A stretch of DNA of 64,000 nt, taken from positions 2,298 to 66,297 of IMG/VR virus record IMGVR_UViG_3300002741_000002. The stretch is one strand, 5' to 3'. A model generated the notes under the pieces. That model did not search any database, had not been told where the DNA came from, and saw only the letters and a program-made list of their open reading frames with translations. The DNA is from a virus (taxonomy: Duplodnaviria; Caudoviricetes). How positions within the stretch are numbered: the first letter of the stretch is position 1; each line of letters opens with the position of its first letter. Position numbers and translations under genes: made by a program. Shown piece by piece: positions 46,507 through 56,102 of the stretch.

Positions 46507-47640
46507 ATGAATGCAAAGATAGTTCGATCACTTCTTGCTATGTGCATGCTGATGCCAGTGTTGGTATGGGCACAGCAGTATCCCACTCCCACCTTCAACA
46601 GCCTGACGTTGCAGAATCCATTGACTGTGGCAAATGGTGGAACTGGCGCCACGGCGTCCACTGGTAGCGGCTCCGTGGTGCTAGCCACCTCTCCATCATT
46701 GGTAACCCCTGCACTTGGCACTCCGTCTTCCGCCGTGCTGACGAATGCAACCGGACTCCCTCTTTCAACGGGTATTACGGGCACTCTTCCAGTCGGAAAT
46801 GGCGGAACGGGTTCCACGACGAGCACGGGGTCCGGTTCTGTTGTGTTGTCAAATTCCCCTACGCTTGTTACTCCAGCGTTGGGAACGCCCGCATCCGTAA
46901 CACTCACCAATGCAACAGGCCTTCCGCTCACTACAGGCGTAACCGGAACGCTCCCTGCGGCAAATGGCGGCACAGGCGTTACGACAAGCACCGGTTCGGG
47001 TTCGGTGGTGTTATCGACTTCCCCCACATTGACGACGCCGAATCTCGGCACGCCTTCTGCGGTAACGTTGACTAATGCCACTGGACTGCCTATTTCAGGC
47101 ATTTCCGGCCTGGGTAGTTCCGTGGGGCAGGCTTTGGCATGGCCCATTACAGGTGTCGTCACATCCAGTGCAGCGCTTGTGGGTGCTGTCAATGCGACCA
47201 TTACCACTCCCACGATTTTGACGCCAACGATTCAAGGCATTACTAGCGGCTCCAATGCAGGGGCTGGAAATGTTGGCGAATTTATTTCTGCAACCGCCAG
47301 CTCCTTTTCACTAACGACCTCTACGCCAGCCAATGCCACCTCTATTTCTCTCACGGCAGGCGATTGGGATGTATCGGGCGGGTTCACCATTACGAACACA
47401 ACCAGCAATATGAACAACGGGGTCTGTGGCTGGAGCACAACGTCTGCCACGTTCGGCCCCATGGGAACCTATGCACAAATAGGCGGCTCATCATTGGCGC
47501 TTAGCACGCTTTCAAATGGCATACCTGGCGCACGGTTGAATGTCACGAGCACCACCACGGTTTACATGGTGTGCGAAGCCATCTTCAGCGGTGGCCTTAC
47601 GAGCATGAGCGGCATCATCCAAGCACGGAGGATGCGCTAA
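46507..47640 (+). CDS. Signal-peptide-bearing tail-fibre-like protein with three 55-aa GGTG repeats
   Basis: [26 protein letters not shown]; repeats start near 46621, 46786, 46951. Confidence 0.7.
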   Translation: MNAKIVRSLLAMCMLMPVLVWAQQYPTPTFNSLTLQNPLTVANGGTGATASTGSGSVVLATSPSLVTPALGTPSSAVLTNATGLPLSTGITGTLPVGNGGTGSTTSTGSGSVVLSNSPTLVTPALGTPASVTLTNATGLPLTTGVTGTLPAANGGTGVTTSTGSGSVVLSTSPTLTTPNLGTPSAVTLTNATGLPISGISGLGSSVGQALAWPITGVVTSSAALVGAVNATITTPTILTPTIQGITSGSNAGAGNVGEFISATASSFSLTTSTPANATSISLTAGDWDVSGGFTITNTTSNMNNGVCGWSTTSATFGPMGTYAQIGGSSLALSTLSNGIPGARLNVTSTTTVYMVCEAIFSGGLTSMSGIIQARRMR

Positions 47641-48572
47641 TGCTGAACTTCATCTATGCCGATAACGTCAATACGACGCTGGCCTCTCCACTTTCCAGTT
47701 CTGCCACGTCACTTACTCTGGCGAGTTCTGCCAATTTGCCCACATCCATTCCAGCGGGAATGGCGCTCGTGATCACTTTGAATGATCAGGCGACCCGGCA
47801 GAACTTCGAGATCATCTATGCCACATCGATCAGCGGCGCAACGCTGAGTGGCTTGCAGCGCGGACAAGAAAACACATCTGCACAAAATTGGCTTGTCGGC
47901 GACTTTGCTTGGAATGGCATCACGGCAGGACAGATGCGAGGGCTTTCTTCGGGACGACTGCTTAGCGGGCCTACTGTGCTCACTGCTGCGTCAGGTACTT
48001 TTACACCCAATCCAGCCGCAACTTTGACCTATGTCAAAGGATGCAGTGGCGGTGGCGCCGGCGGTGGTGCGGTCGCCACTGGCAGCGGCCAAGTATGTAT
48101 CGGTAGCGGAGGCAATGCTGGCGCCTATTGCGAATTCTTCATAGCCGGCCCAATCAGCGGCACGGTGTCCTATACCTGCGGGCAGGGCGGCACCGGTGTA
48201 GTTGGTGCCACAGGCAATGCTGGCGGCAATTCGACCTTCGGCACTTATGCAACATGCCCCGGTGGACTTGGTGGTCTTGTATCACCGGCAGCAGCGCCGC
48301 CGTTCTTCGAAACAGGCAATTCGAATGGAAGTGCTCCATCTCTGTCAGGAGCCGCTCCCGTCTTGTTATTGCCTTCGCCATCAGGAACGGCGGGCCTAGC
48401 CTTTTCCCCGACATCCGTAAGTGGCGGTCGAGGAAACAACAATCCTCTTGGTGTAGCGCCCGGCATAGGTTACGGAACGGGAGGCAATGGTGCGGCGAGC
48501 TTTCCATCCAGTCCTGCGCAAGCCGGAACGAACGGTGAGCCTGGCGCATGGATCGTCTACGAATACGCATAA
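47640..48572 (+). CDS. Gly-rich tail-fibre-like protein
   Basis: FIYADNVNTTLAS...EIIYATSISG...RGQENT N-terminus; GGGGAGG, GGNAGAY, GYGTGGNG, GAWIVYEYA. Confidence 0.65.
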   Translation: MLNFIYADNVNTTLASPLSSSATSLTLASSANLPTSIPAGMALVITLNDQATRQNFEIIYATSISGATLSGLQRGQENTSAQNWLVGDFAWNGITAGQMRGLSSGRLLSGPTVLTAASGTFTPNPAATLTYVKGCSGGGAGGGAVATGSGQVCIGSGGNAGAYCEFFIAGPISGTVSYTCGQGGTGVVGATGNAGGNSTFGTYATCPGGLGGLVSPAAAPPFFETGNSNGSAPSLSGAAPVLLLPSPSGTAGLAFSPTSVSGGRGNNNPLGVAPGIGYGTGGNGAASFPSSPAQAGTNGEPGAWIVYEYA

Positions 48573-48668
48573 GAGTCATTCATGGGATCTGCGGTCTGGC
48601 GCTCACTCGAAAGTAGGCGCCAGACGTCCATGCGACATCTTCAATTTTGTGATGGGAGGGGTACAGGC

Positions 48669-48860
48669 ATGAACGGCAAAGCCACCGCTATCGACATCCA
48701 GAAGCTTGCCGCCAGTTATTGCGGCGACGCACTGGCAGGACTCCTCTCGATTGCGCGGGATGAAAAGGCACCCATGGCGGCACGAAGGGACGCCGCGAAA
48801 ACCTACGCGAAATATGTGTGTCCTGTCCCAGACGACATCAGCAAATTACTGGAGAAATAG
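48669..48860 (+). CDS. Small helical protein, TerS-oligomerisation-like
   Basis: ALAGLLSIARDEKAPMAARRDAAKT. Confidence 0.4.
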   Translation: MNGKATAIDIQKLAASYCGDALAGLLSIARDEKAPMAARRDAAKTYAKYVCPVPDDISKLLEK

Positions 48861-48862
48861 TG

Positions 48863-49177
48863 ATGACCGACAACTCGAAGCGGAAGCCTCCGGCGGCAGG
48901 CAAAGGCCGGCCTAAGGGCGCCAAGAACAAACTGCCGCGGTCACTCAAGGAAACGATCCTAGCCTCGCTGGATGACGTGGGTGGACGCGCTTATTTGGCT
49001 CAGCAGGCCCGTGACAATCCGAACGCTTATTTGTCGCTATTGGCCAAGGTGCTCCCGTCCGATATCCAGGTCTCCGGCTACGAAGGCGGGCCGATCGGCT
49101 ACGCCGTCATCCCGGAGCAGGCAAAGAGCATGGAGGAATGGGTGCGCTCAGTGGCATCGCAGCAGAGGGCGAACTGA
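48863..49177 (+). CDS. Small terminase-like protein
   Basis: GKGRPKGAKNK...LKETIL...YL...NPNAYLSLLAKVLP. Confidence 0.6.
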   Translation: MTDNSKRKPPAAGKGRPKGAKNKLPRSLKETILASLDDVGGRAYLAQQARDNPNAYLSLLAKVLPSDIQVSGYEGGPIGYAVIPEQAKSMEEWVRSVASQQRAN

Positions 49178-49178
49178 C

Positions 49179-49364
49179 ATGGCCGAATCATACAAATTGC
49201 CCGAGGACGCAGACCTACAAGTGATAGTCGCTCTGTTCCGCGCGAAGCTGCCAGCCCGCGGTAGGAAACGGCTTGAGATGCTGTCGCTCCGTGACCAGTA
49301 CCGCAATATCCTCGAAGTTATGGTCGAGCTCAAGCGGCTCGGTCTTATCGATCTGAAACGATGA
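49179..49364 (+). CDS. Hypothetical protein
   Basis: 61-aa operonic ORF. Confidence 0.45.
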   Translation: MAESYKLPEDADLQVIVALFRAKLPARGRKRLEMLSLRDQYRNILEVMVELKRLGLIDLKR

Positions 49365-49789
49365 ATTTGCAAAACAACCCCATGCAGTGTGGCGCCAAGA
49401 CCCGGAGAGGGACTCCATGCCCTACGCCCGCCATGCCGAATGGCCGCTGCCGCATGCATGGGGGCACTTCGCCGGGGGCACCCGTGGGCAATGACAACGC
49501 AGTTAAACACGGCATCTACCGTGCACGGCTTACCGAGGAAGAGCAGGCGACATATGACCAGCTTGAACCAGGCGGGGTGGATGAAGAGCTTCGCCTTACC
49601 CGTACCAGGCTCGCCCGTGCCCTGAGGGCTGAACAGGAGGGGCGCGATCCAGGGCGGGACTACGACGCCATTGTGGATCGCCTGCTCGGGCGCATCGAAA
49701 GGCTTGAACTGACCCGCCGAAGGTTGCTCGACGCGAGCATAGATAACGACGAGGTCATCCTGATTGATCCCAATCCGGACATCCCCTGA
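49361..49789 (+). CDS. HGGxSTG-domain protein (TerS-associated zinc knuckle)
   Basis: CGAKTRRGTPC...NGRCRMHGGTSPGAPVGNDNAVKHGIY. Confidence 0.8.
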   Translation: MNLQNNPMQCGAKTRRGTPCPTPAMPNGRCRMHGGTSPGAPVGNDNAVKHGIYRARLTEEEQATYDQLEPGGVDEELRLTRTRLARALRAEQEGRDPGRDYDAIVDRLLGRIERLELTRRRLLDASIDNDEVILIDPNPDIP

Positions 49790-50140
49790 ATTTTGCACCC
49801 AGTACGCGCGCGCGAATGACTTTGGCTGATGACTAGGGAGCCGCCGGCCATCATGACATGAGGGGTGAAGCCCGGACTCCCCCGTTGCGCCGGGTGGCAG
49901 CAGAGATCCTGGCTTCCATGCCGGTGATCGGATCCGGCGGCTCCGGCTGCAGAGATACGGGCTTGCCCGGAAAGCCGATGTGAAGGACCGGCATGGCTGC
50001 GATGGGTAGGAGCCGGCGTGGCCATGACTTCTCTATCTGCAAAACCATCCCGTGCAATCAGGTGTCAAGAAGCAAACCACCCATGTGATGGCGCAGTTTG
50101 CTTGGAGTACCTGACAGACTAGAGCTGCTTCCGCCTCTCT

Positions 50141-50611
50141 TCACTTTGTCCAGCGATAGCCACGTTTAAAAACTACACGCTGGGCATAAAGCTTCGTTAG
50201 CAATACAGAGCCAAACACGAGCATGCCAAAAAACAGCCACCATCCGGCTGGATGGCCCACCTGATAGGAGATAAAGGCAGAAACAAGCACTAGCACGCCG
50301 AACGCTGCGGATGGAGGGCCGTACTCAACCTCTGCTTGGCATCCCGTACACACTCGCGCACCTCGTGGCACTTCGGTATGGCAATGAGGGCAAGCATTGC
50401 TGCTCGATGGAAGAGAATTTGAATCTCTTAAGATCCCCCATTTGTTGCTCAGGTCCTGGGCAACTGGTGTCGCGTCATGTGCTTCAAATTGACTATCGGG
50501 AACGCGTGCCAGTTGCGTGACATTTCCAGCAATGGGTCGACCACATTTCAAGCAAGCTGGTGCTTGATCGCTTACTTGGATGCCGCAATCGGGGCAATTG
50601 ATCAAAGCCAT
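50141..50611 (-). CDS. Zinc-ribbon membrane protein
   Basis: CPDCG...CLKCG; CPHC...CTGC; two C-terminal TMs. Confidence 0.75.
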   Translation of the reverse strand: MALINCPDCGIQVSDQAPACLKCGRPIAGNVTQLARVPDSQFEAHDATPVAQDLSNKWGILRDSNSLPSSSNACPHCHTEVPRGARVCTGCQAEVEYGPPSAAFGVLVLVSAFISYQVGHPAGWWLFFGMLVFGSVLLTKLYAQRVVFKRGYRWTK

Positions 50612-50637
50612 GTTTCCCTCCGGGCTAGTTGATTGAG

Positions 50638-50946
50638 CTATTTAAGCCACCGCGACACGCCACCATGATGCGAGCAGGTGCCGCGGTGATGTTGGCTGAA
50701 GCTGTAACTACCGTCGTGACACTGTGCAGACGCCCCAGGCGGAACGGCTCCGGATACGGTATGGGCAGGGCTATGCACCACCACGCCATAGCGATTGACG
50801 TAGGTCCCCTGCTCTATGAGCTGAGTTGAGCTATCTGTGGCGCCTCGTGCGCGCTGCTGCGTTGTAGCAGGCTGTACATCCTGGGCTACAACTGCGGTGT
50901 TGAATCCAAGCGCCAGCACCAAAAACAAGCAAACCCGTGTTTGCAT
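50638..50946 (-). CDS. Exported DUF3761-like protein
   Basis: Signal peptide; ASAQCHDGSYSFSQHHRGTCSHHGGV. Confidence 0.75.
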   Translation of the reverse strand: MQTRVCLFLVLALGFNTAVVAQDVQPATTQQRARGATDSSTQLIEQGTYVNRYGVVVHSPAHTVSGAVPPGASAQCHDGSYSFSQHHRGTCSHHGGVSRWLK

Positions 50947-51045
50947 GTCGCCCCCCTGAATGTTCCCCTTTCACAAATCTATGCAAGAGACTGGCTGTCG
51001 AGCGTAGCCGCAGCGATCCCGATGCTAGATCACCAAACCGGCCCT

Positions 51046-51339
51046 CTAGTGCCCGTTCGGATCTTTAGTGCCAACCTTCCCCGTATACGGATTGACATTC
51101 CCCTTGGTAGAGAAATTGTTCAGTCTTGTGCTGTCCGGCGCTGAGTGCATATAGGAGTGGACATATGTGCCGTCCCGACGCGTGTATCCACTGGTGCGGC
51201 TGTCGCTTGCACGCGGAGAAATGTACGTGTGTGTAGATGAGGGGCTGTGGCTTCCGTGATGCGATCCGCGGGCTATCACATTCCCGCACGTACCTAGAGC
51301 TACCACGCCCAAAGCAAACAACGCTATTGCGATCTTCAT
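51046..51339 (-). CDS. Exported small conserved protein
   Basis: Signal peptide; GYTRRDGTYV...NNFSTKGNVNPYTGKVGT. Confidence 0.7.
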   Translation of the reverse strand: MKIAIALFALGVVALGTCGNVIARGSHHGSHSPSSTHTYISPRASDSRTSGYTRRDGTYVHSYMHSAPDSTRLNNFSTKGNVNPYTGKVGTKDPNGH

Positions 51340-51498
51340 GGTTCGTCCCCCTGACCACCAAAGTTCAGCGAAGGATATACCCCCTTAAGCTTCAGATCTC
51401 GCGCCGCCCAGCTAGCACAGGGTGTGGGTAAAAAAGTGGGTAAAAATTCAAGTCAAAAAGTCGAACACGTTTAAGATCAATAAGATAAATTGACTATG

Positions 51499-51518
51499 CG
51501 AGTCCAACTTCGGCGCCA
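51499..51518 (+). repeat. att site: short tRNA-Asn 3' copy with a 1-nt deletion
   Basis: CGAGTCCAACTTCGGCGCCA vs CGAGTCCAACTTCGGGCGCCA at 37327-37347; IHF consensus TATCAAGGGCTTG at 51523-51535. Confidence 0.85.
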
Positions 51519-51586
51519 GATATATCAAGGGCTTGCGGCTTCCGCAGGCCCTTGTTCTTTGGGCGTGTATAAAAACACGTATAAAA

Positions 51587-52771
51587 TTAGTCGGTATCAG
51601 GTACTTCTCCGGCAGGCTCGACGAGGGGCACTTCATGGTCGTAACGATGGACCATGCGTCGCTCTATGTGACCACTAGCCTGCTGCTTTTTGTCAGGAGT
51701 GCCTGCTGTATCAGTGATCCCGCGATGCTTTAGGCCATGTAGGCCGAAGCGCTCTGCATCAGTGATGAGTTTGGCCTCCATCGCGATTTCAATGCCGCGT
51801 GCCCATGCGCTCTTGAGCGCTTCCTTCGAAACACGTGCGCCATCTTCGGCGACGATCAACGGCCGGTCTTTTGCACGAAGCGGCACTGGTCGCCGCCTCT
51901 TTGCCCATATCGCGTTTCGTCTCTGCACAAGAAAATCCCATGCCTCCTGTAGGGCTGGAATCCAGCGCGTGACGTTGTCACGGCTTCCTTTAACGCGATC
52001 GACGTATATACCTTCCGGCAACGCATCAGCATCCGAAAGCTTACGTACTTCAACATTACGCATGCGACAGCGATAAGCAATTTCCGCCACTGCCCACAAG
52101 TAGGGCGACAGTGACCCCTTACGTCGACTGGGAAGGTTTCCACGGCGGCGCCAAAGCGCGATGACTGCGCGCATAGTAATTCGCTCTGGCATGCGAGGGT
52201 CGGCGCGCTCGACAGCAGCCTCGACCCCCAATGCTGGATTCTCGCTGCTATAGCCGCGATTGATACCCCACTCGAACGTGCGAGACAGGTAGCGCAGAAC
52301 GTGATTTGCTTTGGCCGGTGTCGGTTTTGGATAACTACCGTCACCTGCGCGTTCGCCTCTTGCCAGTTCGTCAATAAGTTTTTGCACTATGGGCCGGTTG
52401 ATACGCTTGCGATTGAGCTTTGCAAAGGGAACACCCAGCTTCGTCTGGAATTTTTGAAGTACGCCCCGGCAATATCGATAATCATCCTGAGTTGCTTTCG
52501 TCAGATTTCTGAACTTGTCGGATTGCTCAAATTGCTCAAGCATGTAGTCAAGCATTTGTTCATCCAGTCCCGACAGCTCATCAGCGATGCGGAACAAGTC
52601 AGATAGAAGCGCTGTCTTGTCGGCAACTTTTTTGCTCCGCGGCTTCCCATCAACGTAAATGGTGTACCAAAAATGGCGTTGACGGTGCCAATAGATTCCG
52701 TTGGGAATCTTCGCCTGATCGATATGTTGTGGGATGGTGGCGTCGTATTTGCGCTTCCTGCCGCGAGTCAT
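51587..52771 (-). CDS. int: Tyrosine integrase
   Basis: MTRGRKRK...; CRMRNVE, HGLKH, SGH...Y catalytic residues. Confidence 0.88.
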   Translation of the reverse strand: MTRGRKRKYDATIPQHIDQAKIPNGIYWHRQRHFWYTIYVDGKPRSKKVADKTALLSDLFRIADELSGLDEQMLDYMLEQFEQSDKFRNLTKATQDDYRYCRGVLQKFQTKLGVPFAKLNRKRINRPIVQKLIDELARGERAGDGSYPKPTPAKANHVLRYLSRTFEWGINRGYSSENPALGVEAAVERADPRMPERITMRAVIALWRRRGNLPSRRKGSLSPYLWAVAEIAYRCRMRNVEVRKLSDADALPEGIYVDRVKGSRDNVTRWIPALQEAWDFLVQRRNAIWAKRRRPVPLRAKDRPLIVAEDGARVSKEALKSAWARGIEIAMEAKLITDAERFGLHGLKHRGITDTAGTPDKKQQASGHIERRMVHRYDHEVPLVEPAGEVPDTD

Positions 52772-52980
52772 AGGATGTCCGGGCTGTACGCTACGTCGTT
52801 GCCAGCTTCGGCGATGCCCAGAGAAGCGTTTACGGCTTGAATCGTCGTCCATGGGCCATTGGCACCGTCCTTGGTGGGGATGCCCTGCCGGCGCGCCCAC
52901 CTGCGCACAGCAGCTTCCGTGCGTTTGCCCGAAAGTGTGCGTAGTAACTCAGCATCAACGATGTGATGGTTCTTGTTCAT
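52768..52980 (-). CDS. Excisionase-like (DUF4224-like) protein
   Basis: LRTLSGKRTEAAVRRW...GPWTT; overlaps the int start. Confidence 0.65.
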   Translation of the reverse strand: MNKNHHIVDAELLRTLSGKRTEAAVRRWARRQGIPTKDGANGPWTTIQAVNASLGIAEAGNDVAYSPDIL

Positions 52981-53016
52981 GAGGCCTTGTTCTCCCTGTT
53001 TTGCTTTATTAGTTTT

Positions 53017-55731
53017 TTACTTGTGAGCCGATGCAGTCGGCTGTTCATTCGGGCCGCGCTGGAAAACCCAGCATTTGACGGTACGGCCACGGGGTTCATC
53101 GGTGTTGTCGTGAAGCCAAATGGCGCTGTTCACAGCCTTCATGTCCACGAATTTGCGCAAGCGCGAGGTGCGCAAGTACTTCTTGAGATCAGACAGCGAC
53201 GGCACTTCGAGACGGTGGTGTGCAGCGATCTGCTCGAAGTGATTGAGGTTGACCGCGATCTCGCGTGGGTTGCGGCTGTGGTTGAGTGACGGTGCGGCGG
53301 CGTTCCAGGTGTCGAGGTAATCGAACCGCTCCCAGAAAATCTGCACTATCTTGTGGTCGCTGCTGATGGATTCCTGACGCTCGACGGCTATGCCTTGCAC
53401 TTCCTGCATTACGGCTTCTTTCTGTTCGTCGGTGAGCGTGACCACATGCGATAGCGCATCGAACACGGCGAGCAATTGGCCGTGGTTCTTCGCGATACGG
53501 GTGGTCTTGATGTCAGGATGGTCCAACAAGGCGTGTTCGTGCCGGGGAGCATTCGCCAGGATGGTTTCCATCACCTTGGCTTCCGCACGCGTGGCCAGCA
53601 GCAGGAAGTGACTCAGCGCATCGACCGGCATTTGCTCCAGCTTCAACGCCGCCGCGCGCGTCTGCGCGGTGTGCGCCGAGCGATCCACCGTGATGTGGCA
53701 GATGCGCTGCATGATCGCCTCGCTGGCCTCCACCTTGGCGTTCTGCGAGATCACTACGGTGGCGCGAAACGGCGGCTCGCGCGTTTCGTTGCCGGAGTTC
53801 TTGACGCCCGTGGCGCGCACGCTACGACCGTTGTAGGCGGTCTTGAGTTCGTCCCAATCGAAGCGCTTCTTGGCGTCGTCGTCGCGGTCGCTCTCGATCA
53901 ACACCACCGGCAGGTTCGACACCTGCGCGAAGTTACGCGCCCGCGCCGCCGGCGTGGACTTGGAGGGGTCGAAGCCTTCGTAGTCGCGGCGTCCAAACAG
54001 CTTCCACATGAATTCGATCAGCGTGGACTTGCCCGCGCCGGCTTCACCCACCAGTTCGAGGAAGGGATAGCTCTTCTGCACCTGGCGGATTTGCTCGGCA
54101 AAGAGGCTGCCGAACCAAAACGTCAGGGCCACGAGCCCCTTCGCGCCGAAGCACTGCCACACCAGGTCCAGCCACTCGGCGCGGTACTCGCGCCGATCGC
54201 GGTTGAAGGTCAGGTGTGGCGACTGGCTGAGCGTCTTGAGGTTGAGCTTGCCCAGCTCGAAGTAATCCTCGTCGTTAAGCGTATGCACGACGCCATCCTT
54301 GATGGCGATATCGCCCATGACATAGACGCCGTGCTCCTTGCTGTAGCCGACGAAATCGATCGTCTCGACCGTTTTGATGTTGAAGAGCTGCCGCTGGATG
54401 ATGCGGTCGAGCTGCTGACTGGTGCCGGTGAAGACGGCACCGGGAGCGATGCTCAGCAATCGCTTCTTGAACTCGCTCGCACTGGCCAGGCTGCTGCCGG
54501 CGAAGGTGTTCTTCACCGAACCGCCGCCGTGCGGAAAGCTCACCCGGTAGTAGTACCAGGACTCGTCGGTGACGGTGTTGGCCTGGTAGTACAGCGGCTG
54601 CGGGTTGCAGTTGGCGATCTCCACGTTTTCACACGCTTCCACCAGCGCCTGATCGCGGCGTTCCTGCTCGTCTTGGTCGGGGTCTTTTTCCTCGAGCTGC
54701 TGCATGGCCTTGTCCAGCGCCCGGATATCCAGGTCGAACCAGTACAGGCGATCGGCGAAGTCATAGAAGAAGGTCGCCATGCCGGTGCGGCGGTAGATCA
54801 GCCGTGCCTTGTCGGCGTGGTTGCGCGCAATCAGCAGCGAACCCTGGTAGAGGTATTCGTCGATGTCGTTCGGGCTGAGTTTGTCGGCCAGATGCAGGTC
54901 GTTCCAGTCCTGCTTGGCTTTACCCGTTTGTACGATGGTGGCTGCTTCGCACTTCCAGCCTTCCTTGCGCGCCCGCTTCACCCAGCGCTGGGTGTAATCC
55001 CGGCCGGCGGCGTCGCCATCCAACGCCCACACCAACGTGGGCAGGTTATGGGCGCGGTGCGCGCGCAACCGTGCCAGGAACGCGGCCGGGTAGTTGTTGC
55101 AGCTCATGGCCGATACTGCATCGATGCCGTGATGGCCCACCGCGACGGCATCGAAAATCCCCTCCACCAGCCACAGCCGATCGACCGTGGCCAGCTTCTC
55201 GGGCGGGAGCGTGGGTGGCACCCACGCCTCGCCCGCGTAGGGCTTGCCCGGCGCGAAGCGCGCTTTCATCTTGCCAAAGCGGTGGGCGCGATCGATCAGG
55301 CGTTCCCAGTAGCCGCCGCCAGGCAGCGCAAAGCGGACGGTGGCGGAGGTTGCGCCGCTCTCCAGGTCTTTGAACCACTCCTGGGTGTACGTGCCTTGCA
55401 CGCGCGCCAGGTTGAAGCCGCGCGAATTCTTCAGGTATGCATCGGCCGCCGCGTGTGGCGCGTCTTCGGTCTTCTTGTAGCGCTCGGACCAATCCTCGAA
55501 CAGGTCAGGGAAGAGGTCTTTCACCGATGCTTCGTAGCCGCAGTTTTTCAGACGCCCGCAGCGGATCACCCACGGGGCGCCGGCATTGGCATACAGCTCC
55601 GGCTTGCCGCAATCCGGACACTTGCCACCGCGCAGATAATCTTTTTTGGCTTTGAAGCCGAACTGATGAACCAACTCGCGGGTGATATCCGCGAGCAACT
55701 CTGTGCTCATGGCGTAACGCGGTGCGCTCAT
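53017..55731 (-). CDS. Zn-finger/TOPRIM primase-helicase replication protein (P4 alpha-like)
   Basis: CPDCG...CGRLKNCG; VEGIFDA; ALDGD; QDWND; GEAGAGKS Walker A. Confidence 0.9.
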   Translation of the reverse strand: MSAPRYAMSTELLADITRELVHQFGFKAKKDYLRGGKCPDCGKPELYANAGAPWVIRCGRLKNCGYEASVKDLFPDLFEDWSERYKKTEDAPHAAADAYLKNSRGFNLARVQGTYTQEWFKDLESGATSATVRFALPGGGYWERLIDRAHRFGKMKARFAPGKPYAGEAWVPPTLPPEKLATVDRLWLVEGIFDAVAVGHHGIDAVSAMSCNNYPAAFLARLRAHRAHNLPTLVWALDGDAAGRDYTQRWVKRARKEGWKCEAATIVQTGKAKQDWNDLHLADKLSPNDIDEYLYQGSLLIARNHADKARLIYRRTGMATFFYDFADRLYWFDLDIRALDKAMQQLEEKDPDQDEQERRDQALVEACENVEIANCNPQPLYYQANTVTDESWYYYRVSFPHGGGSVKNTFAGSSLASASEFKKRLLSIAPGAVFTGTSQQLDRIIQRQLFNIKTVETIDFVGYSKEHGVYVMGDIAIKDGVVHTLNDEDYFELGKLNLKTLSQSPHLTFNRDRREYRAEWLDLVWQCFGAKGLVALTFWFGSLFAEQIRQVQKSYPFLELVGEAGAGKSTLIEFMWKLFGRRDYEGFDPSKSTPAARARNFAQVSNLPVVLIESDRDDDAKKRFDWDELKTAYNGRSVRATGVKNSGNETREPPFRATVVISQNAKVEASEAIMQRICHITVDRSAHTAQTRAAALKLEQMPVDALSHFLLLATRAEAKVMETILANAPRHEHALLDHPDIKTTRIAKNHGQLLAVFDALSHVVTLTDEQKEAVMQEVQGIAVERQESISSDHKIVQIFWERFDYLDTWNAAAPSLNHSRNPREIAVNLNHFEQIAAHHRLEVPSLSDLKKYLRTSRLRKFVDMKAVNSAIWLHDNTDEPRGRTVKCWVFQRGPNEQPTASAHK

Positions 55732-56024
55732 GCGTCGCTACCGTCCGTGTGGCCGGGGGCGGGGTGCGCATCCGTATGCTTGCTGAGCCACATCGCGGCA
55801 TGAGGGCCGCAGGCAGCGCCCATGCGACGCATCACGTCGCAACTGGTGCCGAGGTAGGTCCGTCCCTCCACGTCGCGATCGTGCCAGTCGTCAGCCTCGT
55901 CGCTTGCCGCAGCCGGTGCGCAGTCCGGCGGCAAAGTGCATAGGTGGACGCGACCCTCCAACTCATCGGGCATCGCGTGAAACACGCAATCAAGGCAGGT
56001 CTTTGTGCGCGGTGTGGTTGTCAT
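55728..56024 (-). CDS. Hypothetical Cys-rich protein
   Basis: CLDCVF...C...CDVMRRMGAACG. Confidence 0.55.
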   Translation of the reverse strand: MTTTPRTKTCLDCVFHAMPDELEGRVHLCTLPPDCAPAAASDEADDWHDRDVEGRTYLGTSCDVMRRMGAACGPHAAMWLSKHTDAHPAPGHTDGSDA

Positions 56025-56102
56025 CAGGCAAGCCGGGTCCGTACCGGCTGCGCAGGTAGCCGGTGAAAAAGAAGGGAAGGGGTTTAGGGCGAGGCGGTTA
56101 GA

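Larger units (their letters stand above)
37348..51518. mobile_element. Phage satellite / PICI-like integrative element (~14.2 kb)
   Basis: Bounded by tRNA-Asn 3' repeats; integrase, AlpA, Rep with iterons, TerS-like genes; no capsid, portal or TerL gene. Confidence 0.8.

Noticed and set aside
37348-51518. Classical P4 satellite of the flanking P2-like prophages
   Set aside because: No recognisable alpha primase, sid, psu or delta genes, and no P2-type cos was noticed within the element
53476-55803. Long plus-strand ORF (775 aa), and similar ones at 10089-11639, 14957-16540 and 26086-27756
   Set aside because: Antisense shadows of high-GC phage genes with no motifs; the opposite-strand genes are clearly real
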